In this document: piece by piece, positions 28,675 to 39,351 of the stretch
How positions within the stretch are numbered: position 1 is the stretch's first letter
Layout: every line of letters begins with the position of its first letter
Source: Cyanobacteria bacterium P01_D01_bin.156
GTDB taxonomy: Bacteria > Cyanobacteriota > Cyanobacteriia > Phormidesmidales > Phormidesmidaceae
Direction: 5' to 3'
Length of the DNA stretch: 64,000 bases
NCBI GenBank assembly: GCA_039024555.1
Contig: JBCCQQ010000003.1
Location: 1 to 64,000, forward strand
Position numbers and translations under genes: made by a program
Notes under the pieces: model-generated
What the model saw: the letters and a program-made list of their open reading frames with translations, nothing else
Told to the model about the DNA's origin: nothing
Databases searched by the model: none

Positions 28675-29484
28675 TCAATGCCGAATCACTTCTACTAGAG
28701 GACGAAATTTTTGGTCCAAGTCGGCTCGTGCACTCACTAATGTGGGAAATGGACGACTGCCATAATTTTCCCCGACGGTGAGGGGGAAAATCGCCTTTTC
28801 TTCCAGGGGAGTCCACACTGCCCCTGCCGCTTGAGTAATGGCCCATACAGCTGCAATATCCCAAATTTTTGGTGTCGCTTCTACAGCCCCTAAGCTAATG
28901 CCCGCCGCCACGGTAAGTAAATTGTACGTGGCCACCCCCAACATGCGGATTTTACAAGGAAAGGGATTGTGTAAAACCTTGGTACTACGGGCACAGAGGC
29001 TAAAAAACTGACTACCACTCACTGCATCTGAGGATGTATAGATAGACTCGCCATCAAGAAACGCCCCGCTGGGTCCGTCTAAACCAGAACCACCCATAAA
29101 AAAGCCATGGAACCGTTGGTCAAGGGTGGGAATGTACACATGGCCAAACACGGGAGTGCCTTTGTACAACAGACCTAGAGAAATTCCCCAGAGGGGAACG
29201 CCTCGGGTGAAGTTAGTGGTGCCATCGATAGGGTCAATGATCCAGCAAAAGTCTTGCTCAGGAAAAATATGGGTGCCTTCTTCACTGAGGACGCCATGGT
29301 CTGGCAGCGCTTGCTGCAGTCGTTGCCGCAGTTCCCCATCAGCCCATTTATCAGACTGAGTGACCAGGCTACCGTCGGCTTTTTCTTCGGCTGTAGCATT
29401 ACCAAAGTCTTTGAGTAACTGGCTACCAACAGCAGTGGTGGCGGTTTCAGCGACGGTCAGAATATGTTGCCAGTCTGGAATCAT
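28675..29484 (-). CDS. Inositol monophosphatase family protein
   Basis: SEEG, WIIDPIDGTTNF and KIWDIAA. Confidence 0.93.
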   Translation of the reverse strand: MIPDWQHILTVAETATTAVGSQLLKDFGNATAEEKADGSLVTQSDKWADGELRQRLQQALPDHGVLSEEGTHIFPEQDFCWIIDPIDGTTNFTRGVPLWGISLGLLYKGTPVFGHVYIPTLDQRFHGFFMGGSGLDGPSGAFLDGESIYTSSDAVSGSQFFSLCARSTKVLHNPFPCKIRMLGVATYNLLTVAAGISLGAVEATPKIWDIAAVWAITQAAGAVWTPLEEKAIFPLTVGENYGSRPFPTLVSARADLDQKFRPLVEVIRH

Positions 29485-29488
29485 AGGG

Positions 29489-30946
29489 CTAGTCCATATC
29501 ACTTTCTAGGGCAGTTGCGATCGCACTTTGGGCAGTGGTTTGAAACTCGCGGATATTCACTCGGCTGACAATGGCTACCGCAATTAACATACCAACGGCT
29601 TGGGTTCCAAATACTAATCCATAGGCAGGTAGCAATTGAGAATCGGGTACAGGTCCACCCGCAAGTATTTCAACAATCCCTTTACCTAGAGAGAGTAAAC
29701 TACCGCCAAGCACGGTAGCAGTCCCACGGGCAATGGCCTGAGCTAAGCCCCACGCACCAATAAATGTCCCTGCAACCTCTGCCACCGTCAGATCTAACAT
29801 CAGCAAAATAGACCCTGTAGTCAGCACGCCAGAGGCTAAACCAAACAGGCCCACACCCAACATCAGCTGTTGAGGATTGCCAGTGGCACCAAACACAATC
29901 AGCAGTATCAAACACAAGGCAGCCCACACACAACCAAACTTGATGGTTCTTTTTTTACCCAACCTGGGCGCTAGCAAAAAGCCAGTTGCTACGATGCCAA
30001 TCAGCGTCCCCATGCCAAAGTAGGCATTGAGCTGAGTGGTTTCAGCGATGGCCATGCCAAAAATCTGACCGCCGTAAGGTTCCAGCACCGCATCCTGCAT
30101 AAACAGGCTCAAACTCAGTACCAGCAAAAAGACAAAAAAGCGTGCCGTCTGACGGCTAGCGGTCAACACTTTTAGAGCCACACTAAAGGTAATTTGATCA
30201 TCTCGCTGACGTGTCCGTTCTTGCAAACGAGAATATTTTTTCTCAATCCCAAATGTACTGAGAATAGCAAAGCCACAAACAATGGCTGGAGCAATAATAA
30301 ATAGTCGATTAACTGAACTACGTAGTTCATCCAAAGAAGGGGTATCTCCCAAGGACTGAAGCACGATGGTGGTGATAATCACACCAGAAACAATGCCCAC
30401 CATCAGCATGCCCCAGCCGATGCCGACTAGCTTTGACTGGGTTTCCTCGTCAGATACATCCACCAGTAGCGCCGTAAAAGGTGTGGAGGTAGAGGCCAGA
30501 GCCAAGCCATATAAAGCAAAGACCAGAGCCAGCAAACCGACCCAAGGGTAAATGGCACTCGTCCAGCCATTTACCTCTAAGCGGCTACCAATTTGCCAGA
30601 CGATTTGTACCGCTGTAAAAGCCGTTATCGCCATCGATACGATGCCAAGCCAGATATAACCACTACGGTGATACCCAAACAGAGGTTTAGCATCAGACAT
30701 TTGCCCAATCCAGACACGGGCCGGAGCCATAAATTGATGGACTGAGATCGCTCCTGCCGCAATTAGGGCCGGTACTCTCAGCTCATCAATCATGACACGA
30801 TTGAGTACCCCCAGCGTCAACAATGACATGATGCCAAGGCCCATGTTGAAAACGCCTAAACGCAGCATAGTCAATAGACCAATTTTGGGAATAGTCGGGT
30901 CAGCTGCTGCGTCGGAATAGCGATCGGTCAGATCTGGACTAGTCAT
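29489..30946 (-). CDS. BCD family (PucC-like) chlorophyll-delivery MFS transporter
   Basis: MLRLGVFNMGLG..LTLGVLNRVMI, QDAVLEPYGG and GTFIGAWGLAQA. Confidence 0.92.
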   Translation of the reverse strand: MTSPDLTDRYSDAAADPTIPKIGLLTMLRLGVFNMGLGIMSLLTLGVLNRVMIDELRVPALIAAGAISVHQFMAPARVWIGQMSDAKPLFGYHRSGYIWLGIVSMAITAFTAVQIVWQIGSRLEVNGWTSAIYPWVGLLALVFALYGLALASTSTPFTALLVDVSDEETQSKLVGIGWGMLMVGIVSGVIITTIVLQSLGDTPSLDELRSSVNRLFIIAPAIVCGFAILSTFGIEKKYSRLQERTRQRDDQITFSVALKVLTASRQTARFFVFLLVLSLSLFMQDAVLEPYGGQIFGMAIAETTQLNAYFGMGTLIGIVATGFLLAPRLGKKRTIKFGCVWAALCLILLIVFGATGNPQQLMLGVGLFGLASGVLTTGSILLMLDLTVAEVAGTFIGAWGLAQAIARGTATVLGGSLLSLGKGIVEILAGGPVPDSQLLPAYGLVFGTQAVGMLIAVAIVSRVNIREFQTTAQSAIATALESDMD

Positions 30947-31039
30947 AGCTGGCAAGTGCTAAAAGAATTTACTAAAAACGATGCAATATTAAGCTTAAAC
31001 GCCAGCAGCCTTCAGGAACAGCCCCGACATTTACACAAG

Positions 31040-31067
31040 AAAAAAAGCGGTAAGGAAACCCTACCGC
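31040..31067 (-). terminator. Rho-independent terminator of hsp20
   Basis: Minus strand GCGGTAGGG-ttt-CCTTACCGC-TTTTTTT. Confidence 0.8.
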
Positions 31068-31193
31068 CAGAAGCCAAACTAAGAGAATTGAAGGAGAGTC
31101 ATAGGGAGCTGAAAAACGGCATCAGGTATCCTAACCAATATAGTTGTTTTCCAGACTGTCATGACTAGCCTAAAGGGGTCAGTGAGAGCGAGA

Positions 31194-31631
31194 TTAAGAT
31201 GCAGCAGCATCTGCCACATTCACCTTCACAACTTGGTTACGGACCTCAGCAGCTTTGGGCACAGTCACAGTGAGAATGCCATTGCTATAGTCAGCACGAA
31301 CATTTTCATGATCTACAACAACAGGTAGATGGACGACGCGTCGGAAGCTGCCATAGCGACGCTCACGACGTAGGACAGTCTGATCGTCATTTACTTCAGC
31401 AGCAACGCGCTCACCTGAAATGGTAATGCTCTTACGGCTGGCTTCGATATTGATCGCGTCAGCACTGACACCGGGCAAAACCACTTCTAACGTGTAATCA
31501 TCACCGGCATCAATTAAATCCACTGCAGGGACACAACCTGTTGTTGTTGGAGTCAGATCTTCAAAGATGTTATCAAGCTGTTGTCTAATGGTTTCGATTT
31601 CTTGCAAAGGTTGCCAGTAGCGTACAATCAT
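31194..31631 (-). CDS. Hsp20/alpha-crystallin small heat-shock protein (HspA-like)
   Basis: VRYWQP, LPGV, ERRYGSFRRV and ADYSNGILTVTVPK; C-terminal VVKV. Confidence 0.95.
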   Translation of the reverse strand: MIVRYWQPLQEIETIRQQLDNIFEDLTPTTTGCVPAVDLIDAGDDYTLEVVLPGVSADAINIEASRKSITISGERVAAEVNDDQTVLRRERRYGSFRRVVHLPVVVDHENVRADYSNGILTVTVPKAAEVRNQVVKVNVADAAAS

Positions 31632-31899
31632 TTTGTTGTTCCTCAGTTCGCGATTGGGTTGGACGCAAGCTTCAGGAGACTGTTGTATGTCTTGTGAAGT
31701 CCTTTGCTTGCCTTACATCACTATGATGTCGCAAGATGGATTGCCCTTACAGGAGAGAGAACCCAACTAAACGTTAGGGCTTGCCGAATGTGGCTGAATG
31801 AGATTCATTGAAGTGTGGAGAGAGACCCCCCCAGGTTGGATCGGTTGACCGTATCTAGCTCTACAGAACGGTACGGAACCACTTTGGGGGTATGGTCCC

Positions 31900-32208
31900 T
31901 TACTGGGGCCGTACATTTTTGCGAATGGTGAATGAGATAGAAGGTTCAGCCGCATCTGGAATAGCGGGTGGGGCAATTTCTACATCAGCAGCTAGATCTT
32001 CAGAGGATGGTGGATCAGATTGCTGCTCAGACGATGTGGAGACAGTATCGGCTTTGGCCGGTTGAGGTTGGCTAGCGATCGCCAGACTCAGACCAGCCAT
32101 GATTGCCAGAGGCCAGGAAAATTCACTGCACCAGGGCAACCCAGTCACCCAGGTAAATACCTGGATTCCTATATACGTATAGACAACTGTTGCAGCCCAC
32201 AAACGCAT
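31900..32208 (-). CDS. Small hypothetical membrane protein
   Basis: Two hydrophobic segments, an acidic linker and a C-terminal SISFTI motif. Confidence 0.6.
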   Translation of the reverse strand: MRLWAATVVYTYIGIQVFTWVTGLPWCSEFSWPLAIMAGLSLAIASQPQPAKADTVSTSSEQQSDPPSSEDLAADVEIAPPAIPDAAEPSISFTIRKNVRPQ

Positions 32209-32553
32209 TACGTCTTACCGATAGCCATGTTGCTTTTTTATCACACCTTCCAAGTATGGTTACTAAATTAAGGATTCAACGCTCTAATTTAGCCTTTGAT
32301 GGAGCAGGCTCTTTCAGATGCCCCAATTTGTAAGCTCAGTGACGCTGTCGTAAAGACATCAAAGAAATTCAAGAACGGGGTTTACAAGCAACTGAAATCA
32401 TCTAGTTTTGGATGCTAGATGATTTGATTGCATAAGATTCGAGCAATTTTCGATTATCTGGCGGCTAGAGTATAGCAATAGCGCTAGAGTGGGATAAGCG
32501 GTAACGCATATAAAATAACATCATCTATTCAATCAAAAATTACTAGGAATATC

Positions 32554-33357
32554 GTGGACGCTGCATTCAAAGGAATTATTCGGCTATCAAAGCGGGAAAT
32601 TGAACAAATGCGCAAGGCCTGTCAATTGGCTGCGCGTCTATTAGATCACCTAGAGCCAATGGTAAAACCAGGTGTCAGCACCCTGGAACTGAATGATGAA
32701 GCAGAGCGCTGGACCCAAGCTCATGACGCGAAAAGTGCTCCCCTAGGCTATCCCGGTGGAGAAGGCATAGACCCTTTTCCAAAATCAATTTGCACCAGCG
32801 TTAATGAAGTTGTTTGTCATGGCATCCCCAATGCTAAGCAAATTCTCAAGGACGGCGACATCATTAACATTGACGTTACCCCTGTCTTAAATGGCTACCA
32901 CGGCGACACTTCCCGTACATTTTTAGTGGGTGATGTTTCGCCTCAAGCTCGTCAGCTGGTTAAGGTAACCGAAGAGTCCATGTATCGAGGAATTCAGGCT
33001 GTGAAGCCCGGTGCTCGCGTGGGTGATATTGGTGCCGCCATTCAAGCCTATGCTGAAGCGGAAGGGTTTTCTGTCGTGCGTGATTTTGTCGGGCATGGCG
33101 TACACCGCATTTTCCACACTGAGCCTCAGATCCCCCACTACGGAACCGCTGGCAAAGGTAAGAAGCTGTCTCCAGGTATGGTGTTTACCATCGAACCCAT
33201 GATCAACGTGGGTCACTATGAAGTTGAGTTGCTGCCTGATGGCTGGACCGCCGTGACTAAGGACCGTAAGCTAACAGCACAGTTTGAACATACCGTTGTT
33301 GTTACGAAGGAAGGTGTAGAGATTTTGACCAAGGCACCGGTGGCAGCTGCAGTCTAG
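32554..33357 (+). CDS. map: Type I methionine aminopeptidase
   Basis: ICTSVNEVVCHGIP, DIINIDVT, GHGV, FTIEPMIN and AQFEHT. Confidence 0.98.
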   Translation: MDAAFKGIIRLSKREIEQMRKACQLAARLLDHLEPMVKPGVSTLELNDEAERWTQAHDAKSAPLGYPGGEGIDPFPKSICTSVNEVVCHGIPNAKQILKDGDIINIDVTPVLNGYHGDTSRTFLVGDVSPQARQLVKVTEESMYRGIQAVKPGARVGDIGAAIQAYAEAEGFSVVRDFVGHGVHRIFHTEPQIPHYGTAGKGKKLSPGMVFTIEPMINVGHYEVELLPDGWTAVTKDRKLTAQFEHTVVVTKEGVEILTKAPVAAAV

Positions 33358-33394
33358 GGTATGTCGCGCAACGTCACTTTTCATCTCCAAACCC

Positions 33395-33946
33395 ATGCCT
33401 AGAGTTCTGCCCTTCCTTCTGCTGTTACTCACTGCCTGTACCATGACTCCAGAAGCACCTATTCCTAATAATGCTTCCACGCCTGCAGTTGAGGCAGTTC
33501 CTGAGGCTTTAGTAGAACCGGTAATTGTGGAATCTGCCACTACCCCAACCGACAGCAATGGTTTACCAGTAGCAGATATCGTTTCTGTGGCCGTTACCGG
33601 TGAACCTGGCAACTATACGTTTGCAACCACCATCAGTAGTGCTGATACTGGCTGTGAGCAATATGCAGACTGGTGGGAGGTCGCTGATTTAGACACTGGC
33701 AAACTAATCTATCGGCGGATTTTAGCCCACAGCCATACTAACGAGCAGCCGTTTACCCGCAGCGGTGGCCCTGTGCCCATCCGCTCAGATCAAGCTGTAG
33801 TGATCCGCGGTCATATGGGTGGAGTCAAGAGTAACTATGGTGGACAAGTGCTAAGTGGCTCTGTTGATAGCGGCTTTGCACCCGTTGAGGATTCTCTACC
33901 TAGCTTAGAGTCCACTCCTCCTCTACCGACAGGATGTGCATTTTAG
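33395..33946 (+). CDS. Hypothetical lipoprotein
   Basis: LTAC lipobox; compact domain DTGCEQYADWWEV...RRILAHSHTNEQPFTRSGGP. Confidence 0.75.
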   Translation: MPRVLPFLLLLLTACTMTPEAPIPNNASTPAVEAVPEALVEPVIVESATTPTDSNGLPVADIVSVAVTGEPGNYTFATTISSADTGCEQYADWWEVADLDTGKLIYRRILAHSHTNEQPFTRSGGPVPIRSDQAVVIRGHMGGVKSNYGGQVLSGSVDSGFAPVEDSLPSLESTPPLPTGCAF

Positions 33947-34186
33947 AATCACGGGCTGCGATCGCACAATAAATTGCTAATCCTATACCCAGTAATGAAT
34001 AGGTTCCCAGCCGAATTCAAATCAACGGCGTTATCTTTAGCAGTCGGCTAAATGTTTCACCAAAGTCACATTTCATAACAAGAGCCTCAGTCACTTTAGC
34101 CAAAGGACAACACTCTTCCTCAAAGGGCTTACCTTTTGAGACGTGATACTAAATCTTGACCTGCTCTTACAAAGCCACATCAAAAC

Positions 34187-34225
34187 CTATAAAGCCGGGT
34201 AAGTATTGCTTACCCGGCTTTATAG
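34187..34225. terminator. 17-bp inverted repeat downstream of clpB, probable (bidirectional) terminator
   Basis: CTATAAAGCCGGGTAAG-tattg-CTTACCCGGCTTTATAG. Confidence 0.75.
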
Positions 34226-34252
34226 ACGGAGTAAAACGGCTATCTGCAATTT

Positions 34253-36859
34253 TTAAACTGTCACGTTCACCTCAAATAGCAGTCGCTCATTTTCAACACT
34301 CACAACAACAGTATCTCCCCCCTTGTAATCTCCTCGGAGAATGCCCTTGGCAATTGCCGTCTCCAACTCTCGTTGGATTGCCCGCTTGAGAGGTCTTGCC
34401 CCATACACCGGGTCATACCCCACCTCGGCTAAGAAATCTAAAGCTGCTTCCGATAGCTCTAGGCCAATCTTTTGATTCGCCAAACGCTTTGCCAAAGCTT
34501 TTACCTGAAGTTTGACAATCTCTCGTAGCTGAGACTTTTGTAAACTGTGGAAGATAATCATCTCATCCACTCGATTAAGAAATTCAGGCCGAAAATTAGA
34601 GCGCAAGGCATCCATGACTCGGCTACGCATCTCCTCATAGCGGCTATCATCTCCAGCCACATCAAGAATAAACTGTGAGCCAATATTGCTGGTCATAATG
34701 ATCACCGAATTCTTGAAGTCTACGGTACGACCTTGGGAATCGGTCACACGACCATCATCCAAAATCTGCAACATAATGTTGAACACATCAGGATGAGCCT
34801 TTTCAATCTCATCAAAGAGAATTACGGAGTAAGGACGCCGCCGTAGTGCTTCTGTCAGCTGACCACCTTCGTCGTAACCTACATATCCAGGAGGAGCACC
34901 AATCAGACGCGATACTGAATGCTTTTCCATATATTCCGACATATCGATGCGGACAATGGCTTCTTCAGTATCAAATAAATAGCTGGCAAGAGCCTTAGCC
35001 AGTTCGGTTTTGCCCACGCCCGTAGGTCCAAGAAAGATAAAACTAGCCGTGGGGCGGTTAGGATCAGCCAACCCGGCCCGAGATCGCTGAATCGCATCAG
35101 CCACAGCAGTCACCGCTTCATCTTGGCCAATCACTCGCTGATGGAGTTCTTCCTCCAGGAACAATAGCTTCTGCATCTCTGACTGCACCAGCTTGCTAAT
35201 GGGAATGCCGGTCCACTTAGAAATAATCTCGGCAATATCTTCCTCGGTGACTTCTTCTCGCAACAACGTTGTCCCACTGGATTGGGATTCAGCAAGCTGT
35301 TGCTCAGCATAGGCTACTTTATCCTGCAGTTCATTCAGCTTTCCGTACTTCAGTTCAGCAGCACGATTGTAATCATAGTCTCGCTCCGCCTGGGCAATTT
35401 CGATATTGACCTTATCAATCTCTTCCTTAATCACTTGGATTTGATCGATACCGTCTTTCTCAGACTGCCACTGGGCATTTAAAGAAGTTTGATCCTCTTT
35501 AAGGTTAGCCAATTCTTTCTCTAGACGGTCCAGTCTCTCCACAGAACCTGCATCGGTTTCATTCTTTAAAGAGAGTCGTTCCATCTCCAGCTGCAGGATC
35601 TTACGATCCACTTCATCGAGCTCTTCAGGTTTGGAGGTGATCTCCATTTTCAGCTTAGCGGCAGCTTCATCCACAAGATCAATGGCTTTGTCCGGTAGAA
35701 AGCGATCGCTAATATACCGCGTTGATAATGTTGCCGCAGCGACCAGGGCGTTGTCCGCAATTGTCACACCATGATGCAGTTCATACCGTTCTTTAAGCCC
35801 CCGCAAAATAGAAATGGTATCGGGTACCGATGGCTGATCCACATAGACCTGCTGGAAGCGACGCTCCAAGGCCGCATCTTTTTCAATGTACTGGCGATAT
35901 TCGTCCAGGGTAGTGGCTCCAATACAGCGCAGTTCACCGCGGGCCAGCATGGGTTTGAGTAGGTTACCCGCATCCATAGCACCTTGGGTAGCCCCAGCAC
36001 CAACAACAGTATGAATTTCGTCGATAAATAGAATTATTTGCCCCTTAGAATCGGTCACTTCCTTCAGGACAGCTTTTAAACGCTCTTCGAATTCACCACG
36101 ATATTTTGCTCCGGCAATCAGAGCGCCCATATCTAGAGCAATCAGTTTGCGATCGCGTAGCGACTGGGGCACATCATTGTTGAGAATCCGCTGGGCCATG
36201 CCCTCAGCAATGGCCGTTTTGCCCACCCCCGGTTCACCAATGAGCACCGGATTATTTTTTGTACGACGGGACAAAATTTGAATCGTGCGCCGAATTTCAT
36301 CATCTCGACCAATAACCGGATCTAACCGTCCCTCGCGAGCATATTCTGTCAAATCACGACCATATTTCTCTAGCGCTTCATATTTACCTTCAGGATTTTG
36401 ATCCGTCACCTTTTGATGCCCTCGCACTTGTTGAACAGCAGTCTTGAGCTGCTTAGCGTTAATGCCAGCCTCCCGCAACAGGGATTTCCCAAAGCGAGCA
36501 TCCTCTGGATAACCCAGCAGCAAGTGCTCAATGGAAATGTAATCGTCTTCAAACTCTTGGCGCAGTGCCTCGGAACGATCCAGCAGTGTATTTAATGCCC
36601 GCCCCAGATAGATATTGTCGCTCTGACTTTTAAGCTGAGGCTGTTTACGGAGAAACGCTTCAGTACCGTTACGGATTTTCTCAACCGAAGCACCCGCTTT
36701 TTGAAAAACGCGGCTGGCCAGCCCATCCTGCTCAAGCAGTGCCAACATCAAATGTTCAGTTTCAATTTGCTGATGCTGCCATTGCTTAGCTAGATCAGTA
36801 GTAGCTGCGATCGCAGCATAGGCCCGCTCGGTAAATTGATTCGGATTTGATGGTTGCAT
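34253..36859 (-). CDS. clpB: ATP-dependent chaperone ClpB
   Basis: Two AAA modules ([16 protein letters not shown]) with a long coiled-coil M domain; cyanobacterial [11 protein letters not shown] start. Confidence 0.98.
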   Translation of the reverse strand: MQPSNPNQFTERAYAAIAATTDLAKQWQHQQIETEHLMLALLEQDGLASRVFQKAGASVEKIRNGTEAFLRKQPQLKSQSDNIYLGRALNTLLDRSEALRQEFEDDYISIEHLLLGYPEDARFGKSLLREAGINAKQLKTAVQQVRGHQKVTDQNPEGKYEALEKYGRDLTEYAREGRLDPVIGRDDEIRRTIQILSRRTKNNPVLIGEPGVGKTAIAEGMAQRILNNDVPQSLRDRKLIALDMGALIAGAKYRGEFEERLKAVLKEVTDSKGQIILFIDEIHTVVGAGATQGAMDAGNLLKPMLARGELRCIGATTLDEYRQYIEKDAALERRFQQVYVDQPSVPDTISILRGLKERYELHHGVTIADNALVAAATLSTRYISDRFLPDKAIDLVDEAAAKLKMEITSKPEELDEVDRKILQLEMERLSLKNETDAGSVERLDRLEKELANLKEDQTSLNAQWQSEKDGIDQIQVIKEEIDKVNIEIAQAERDYDYNRAAELKYGKLNELQDKVAYAEQQLAESQSSGTTLLREEVTEEDIAEIISKWTGIPISKLVQSEMQKLLFLEEELHQRVIGQDEAVTAVADAIQRSRAGLADPNRPTASFIFLGPTGVGKTELAKALASYLFDTEEAIVRIDMSEYMEKHSVSRLIGAPPGYVGYDEGGQLTEALRRRPYSVILFDEIEKAHPDVFNIMLQILDDGRVTDSQGRTVDFKNSVIIMTSNIGSQFILDVAGDDSRYEEMRSRVMDALRSNFRPEFLNRVDEMIIFHSLQKSQLREIVKLQVKALAKRLANQKIGLELSEAALDFLAEVGYDPVYGARPLKRAIQRELETAIAKGILRGDYKGGDTVVVSVENERLLFEVNVTV

Positions 36860-37173
36860 CGCCAAACCTCCTGTCGCATGTCTGCATTCTAGGCAAAGAC
36901 TTCTCCCTTCGATGGTCGGTGTTCACCCAGGGTTAAGGTAGGTATTGCCGCCCATGGGGACATTGCAAAAATTGAGCTGTTCCGTCCTTAGTAACTGCTG
37001 AAAAGCGGGTATGTTTACAGGGGTGCTGCAGCTCTAACACCAGAAGAACTCACTTGATATATCAAGAGAAATCTGTATTTTGAAGAAGGCGTTACTGATC
37101 CTTGATGCAGCTCACATCTGCCCCTTAGTTGAACAGTGTTCACTAAGGCAGACAACTCATCACATCAGCAACG

Positions 37174-38292
37174 GTGAAAACGTGTGTTAACTCGCTAGAA
37201 ATTTTGCCAAATCTTCCCCCACGAGACTCTGAGCCGCTGCATTCCGCACTGCGTCAGACCCTATATTCCACCTATTGCGAGCAGCAACCCCTGCGACGGC
37301 TATCTCGTACCTTTTCACCGTTAGCATTTATTCGCTTTCTCAGCTATATCGACACCCAAACAGTCCGTACTGTGGTCCAAGCCACACTGCAGCGACGGTT
37401 ACCTAGCTTAGCCTCAGAAATGGCTTACAACGCCATGTTAGGGCTGTTTCCAGGTATTCTGGCTATGCTGACAGCCATTGGGCTGGTTACCTCCCTGGAA
37501 AATACCTTTAATCGGTTAGCCATGAGTCTGAGTGAGGTAGCACCAGGAGCGGTCAATGAGCTCATCCAAAACTTTGCTGAGGAAGTCAGTGCTGGAGAAA
37601 ATAAAGGCCTCTTTTCCTTGAGTTTTGTCATCGCCCTTTGGGCATCGTCTGGAGCCATTAGTGCTGCCATGCGAGCCCTTGATGAAATTCACCAAATCCC
37701 GATTGAACAGCGCCGCCCTTTTTGGAAGTCACGTTTGCTTTCCATCGGTCTGACTATCGGCACTATTCTGCTGCTAATGACGGCATCCTACCTAGTATTT
37801 ATTAGCGCAGGCGTTATCAAACTACTGGCTCAGCAAAGTGGAGACACCGTCGGTGTCTGGGTGCTACGTATTTGGGAATTGCTCACATGGCCACTGGCCC
37901 TAGGCATCGTTTCCAGTGCCTTTGCATTTGTCTACCGCTTTGGTCCGAGTCGTTGGACTCGCGGTAAACCACTGATGCCAGGGGCCGTCTTGGCAGCCCT
38001 ATCATGGGCATTATTGTCAGCCTCGTTTCGTATGTACGTCGCACAGTTTGGCAACTACAACAAGGTTTACGGTGCTATTGGTACAGTGATCGTCTTACTA
38101 CTATGGCTATTTTTAACATCCTTGGTAATGTTGATTGGCGATCAGCTCAATGTAATCGTAGGCGAATTGATGATTAACGGTCCTCAGATGCCACCGATTC
38201 ACCGCAATCGTCAGCATAGTAAAAAATATCGCACATCCAATCAGCTACCTAGCCTGAATAAGTCCACCATCAACAAAGATCGACATCGGTAG
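37174..38292 (+). CDS. YihY/BrkB family membrane protein
   Basis: LASEMAYNAMLGLFP, LWASSGA and YNKVYGAIGTVIVLLLWLF; start uncertain. Confidence 0.9.
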   Translation: MKTCVNSLEILPNLPPRDSEPLHSALRQTLYSTYCEQQPLRRLSRTFSPLAFIRFLSYIDTQTVRTVVQATLQRRLPSLASEMAYNAMLGLFPGILAMLTAIGLVTSLENTFNRLAMSLSEVAPGAVNELIQNFAEEVSAGENKGLFSLSFVIALWASSGAISAAMRALDEIHQIPIEQRRPFWKSRLLSIGLTIGTILLLMTASYLVFISAGVIKLLAQQSGDTVGVWVLRIWELLTWPLALGIVSSAFAFVYRFGPSRWTRGKPLMPGAVLAALSWALLSASFRMYVAQFGNYNKVYGAIGTVIVLLLWLFLTSLVMLIGDQLNVIVGELMINGPQMPPIHRNRQHSKKYRTSNQLPSLNKSTINKDRHR

Positions 38293-38446
38293 GCAATGAC
38301 CACTCCAGACTGTCGCCTGTGCAACCATATTTTTCTCCCAGGACGGTTATCCAACCTATTCATTACCTGGTTCAACCGCCACAAAATTATCTATAACAGA
38401 AGATAGAACCTCAGTACGGTAAGCCACCTCACCCTCAAGCAGCCCC

Positions 38447-38932
38447 ATGGATAAGCTCTATGCGATGGAAGATGCCCAGCGAATTTTGCAAATTGCGATC
38501 GCGCAAGAAACAGAATCCGGTGAGCTAACCCAACAACAGCTGTTAGAAATTGCCGAGGAACTGAACATTAGTCCAACGACCCTGGTAGCCGCTGAACAAC
38601 AGTGGCAAACACTGAAATCCCAAGCTGCAGACCATCGTCTCTTCCAAACTCAAAGACGACAAAAATTACAGAGCCAGCTGGGACGCTACACCATCATCGT
38701 TAGCTTTCTAATAGTGCTCGATTTTTTAACGCCTGGAGGTTCATTTTTAGGCCATTTGGGCTTTTCACTCTATGTCGCCTTGATATGGGGATTAGGCCTA
38801 TCGCTCAAAGCTTGGCGTACACTGCAAACCTCAGGGGAACGATATGAACGTGACCTCAACCAATGGCAACGTAAACGCAGTATGCGTCGAACCATTGACG
38901 GAGTCGTTAATCGCTTTCTAGGTCCCACCTAG
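38447..38932 (+). CDS. 2TM domain-containing protein
   Basis: EDAQRILQIAIA...LLEIAEEL N-terminus, two TM helices and a WGLGL motif. Confidence 0.8.
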   Translation: MDKLYAMEDAQRILQIAIAQETESGELTQQQLLEIAEELNISPTTLVAAEQQWQTLKSQAADHRLFQTQRRQKLQSQLGRYTIIVSFLIVLDFLTPGGSFLGHLGFSLYVALIWGLGLSLKAWRTLQTSGERYERDLNQWQRKRSMRRTIDGVVNRFLGPT

Positions 38933-39219
38933 TCCTTAAGTCTTGTATGTGTCGATTCACCTAACCACCAACCATGGAACCGTTCTAAGAGTGCTTGAAA
39001 TTTAAAGCTTGTGTAAAGAGCACAATCATTGGCTTCTCGCCTCAGTACATCAATACAAACCGTTACAAAGCTTACAATCCAAGCCTATCAAGCCGAACTT
39101 GGAGCCCTGCCAATCTCAACGGAATGCAAGCTCAGGATAGGTCAGACTAATTTTGATGAATTTTGCTGTTAGATTACAAAATCAGTTGCACTTTTTTGGC
39201 AATCCTGCAATGATACGAG

Positions 39220-39312
39220 ACACAAGGTTGGTTGTGTGTTCCTTGTTGATTTAATTTTATAGCTGCAGATTGTGTGCCTAGAGACATCACCAATCTGCAG
39301 CTATTTGACTTT
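39220..39312 (+). ncRNA. Candidate small RNA or structured leader
   Basis: TTGCAC-17-AATGAT promoter with TG extension, a 5' hairpin ACAAGG...CCTTGT, and a 14-bp terminator-like stem ATAGCTGCAGATTG...CAATCTGCAGCTAT. Confidence 0.4.
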
Positions 39313-39351
39313 AAAGGCTTTATCCAACCTCCCCACATCACTCTCAGATCT

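Noticed and set aside
30956..31168. 70-aa plus-strand ORF between pucC and hsp20
   Set aside because: Crosses the hsp20 terminator and the pucC promoter region; no coding signal
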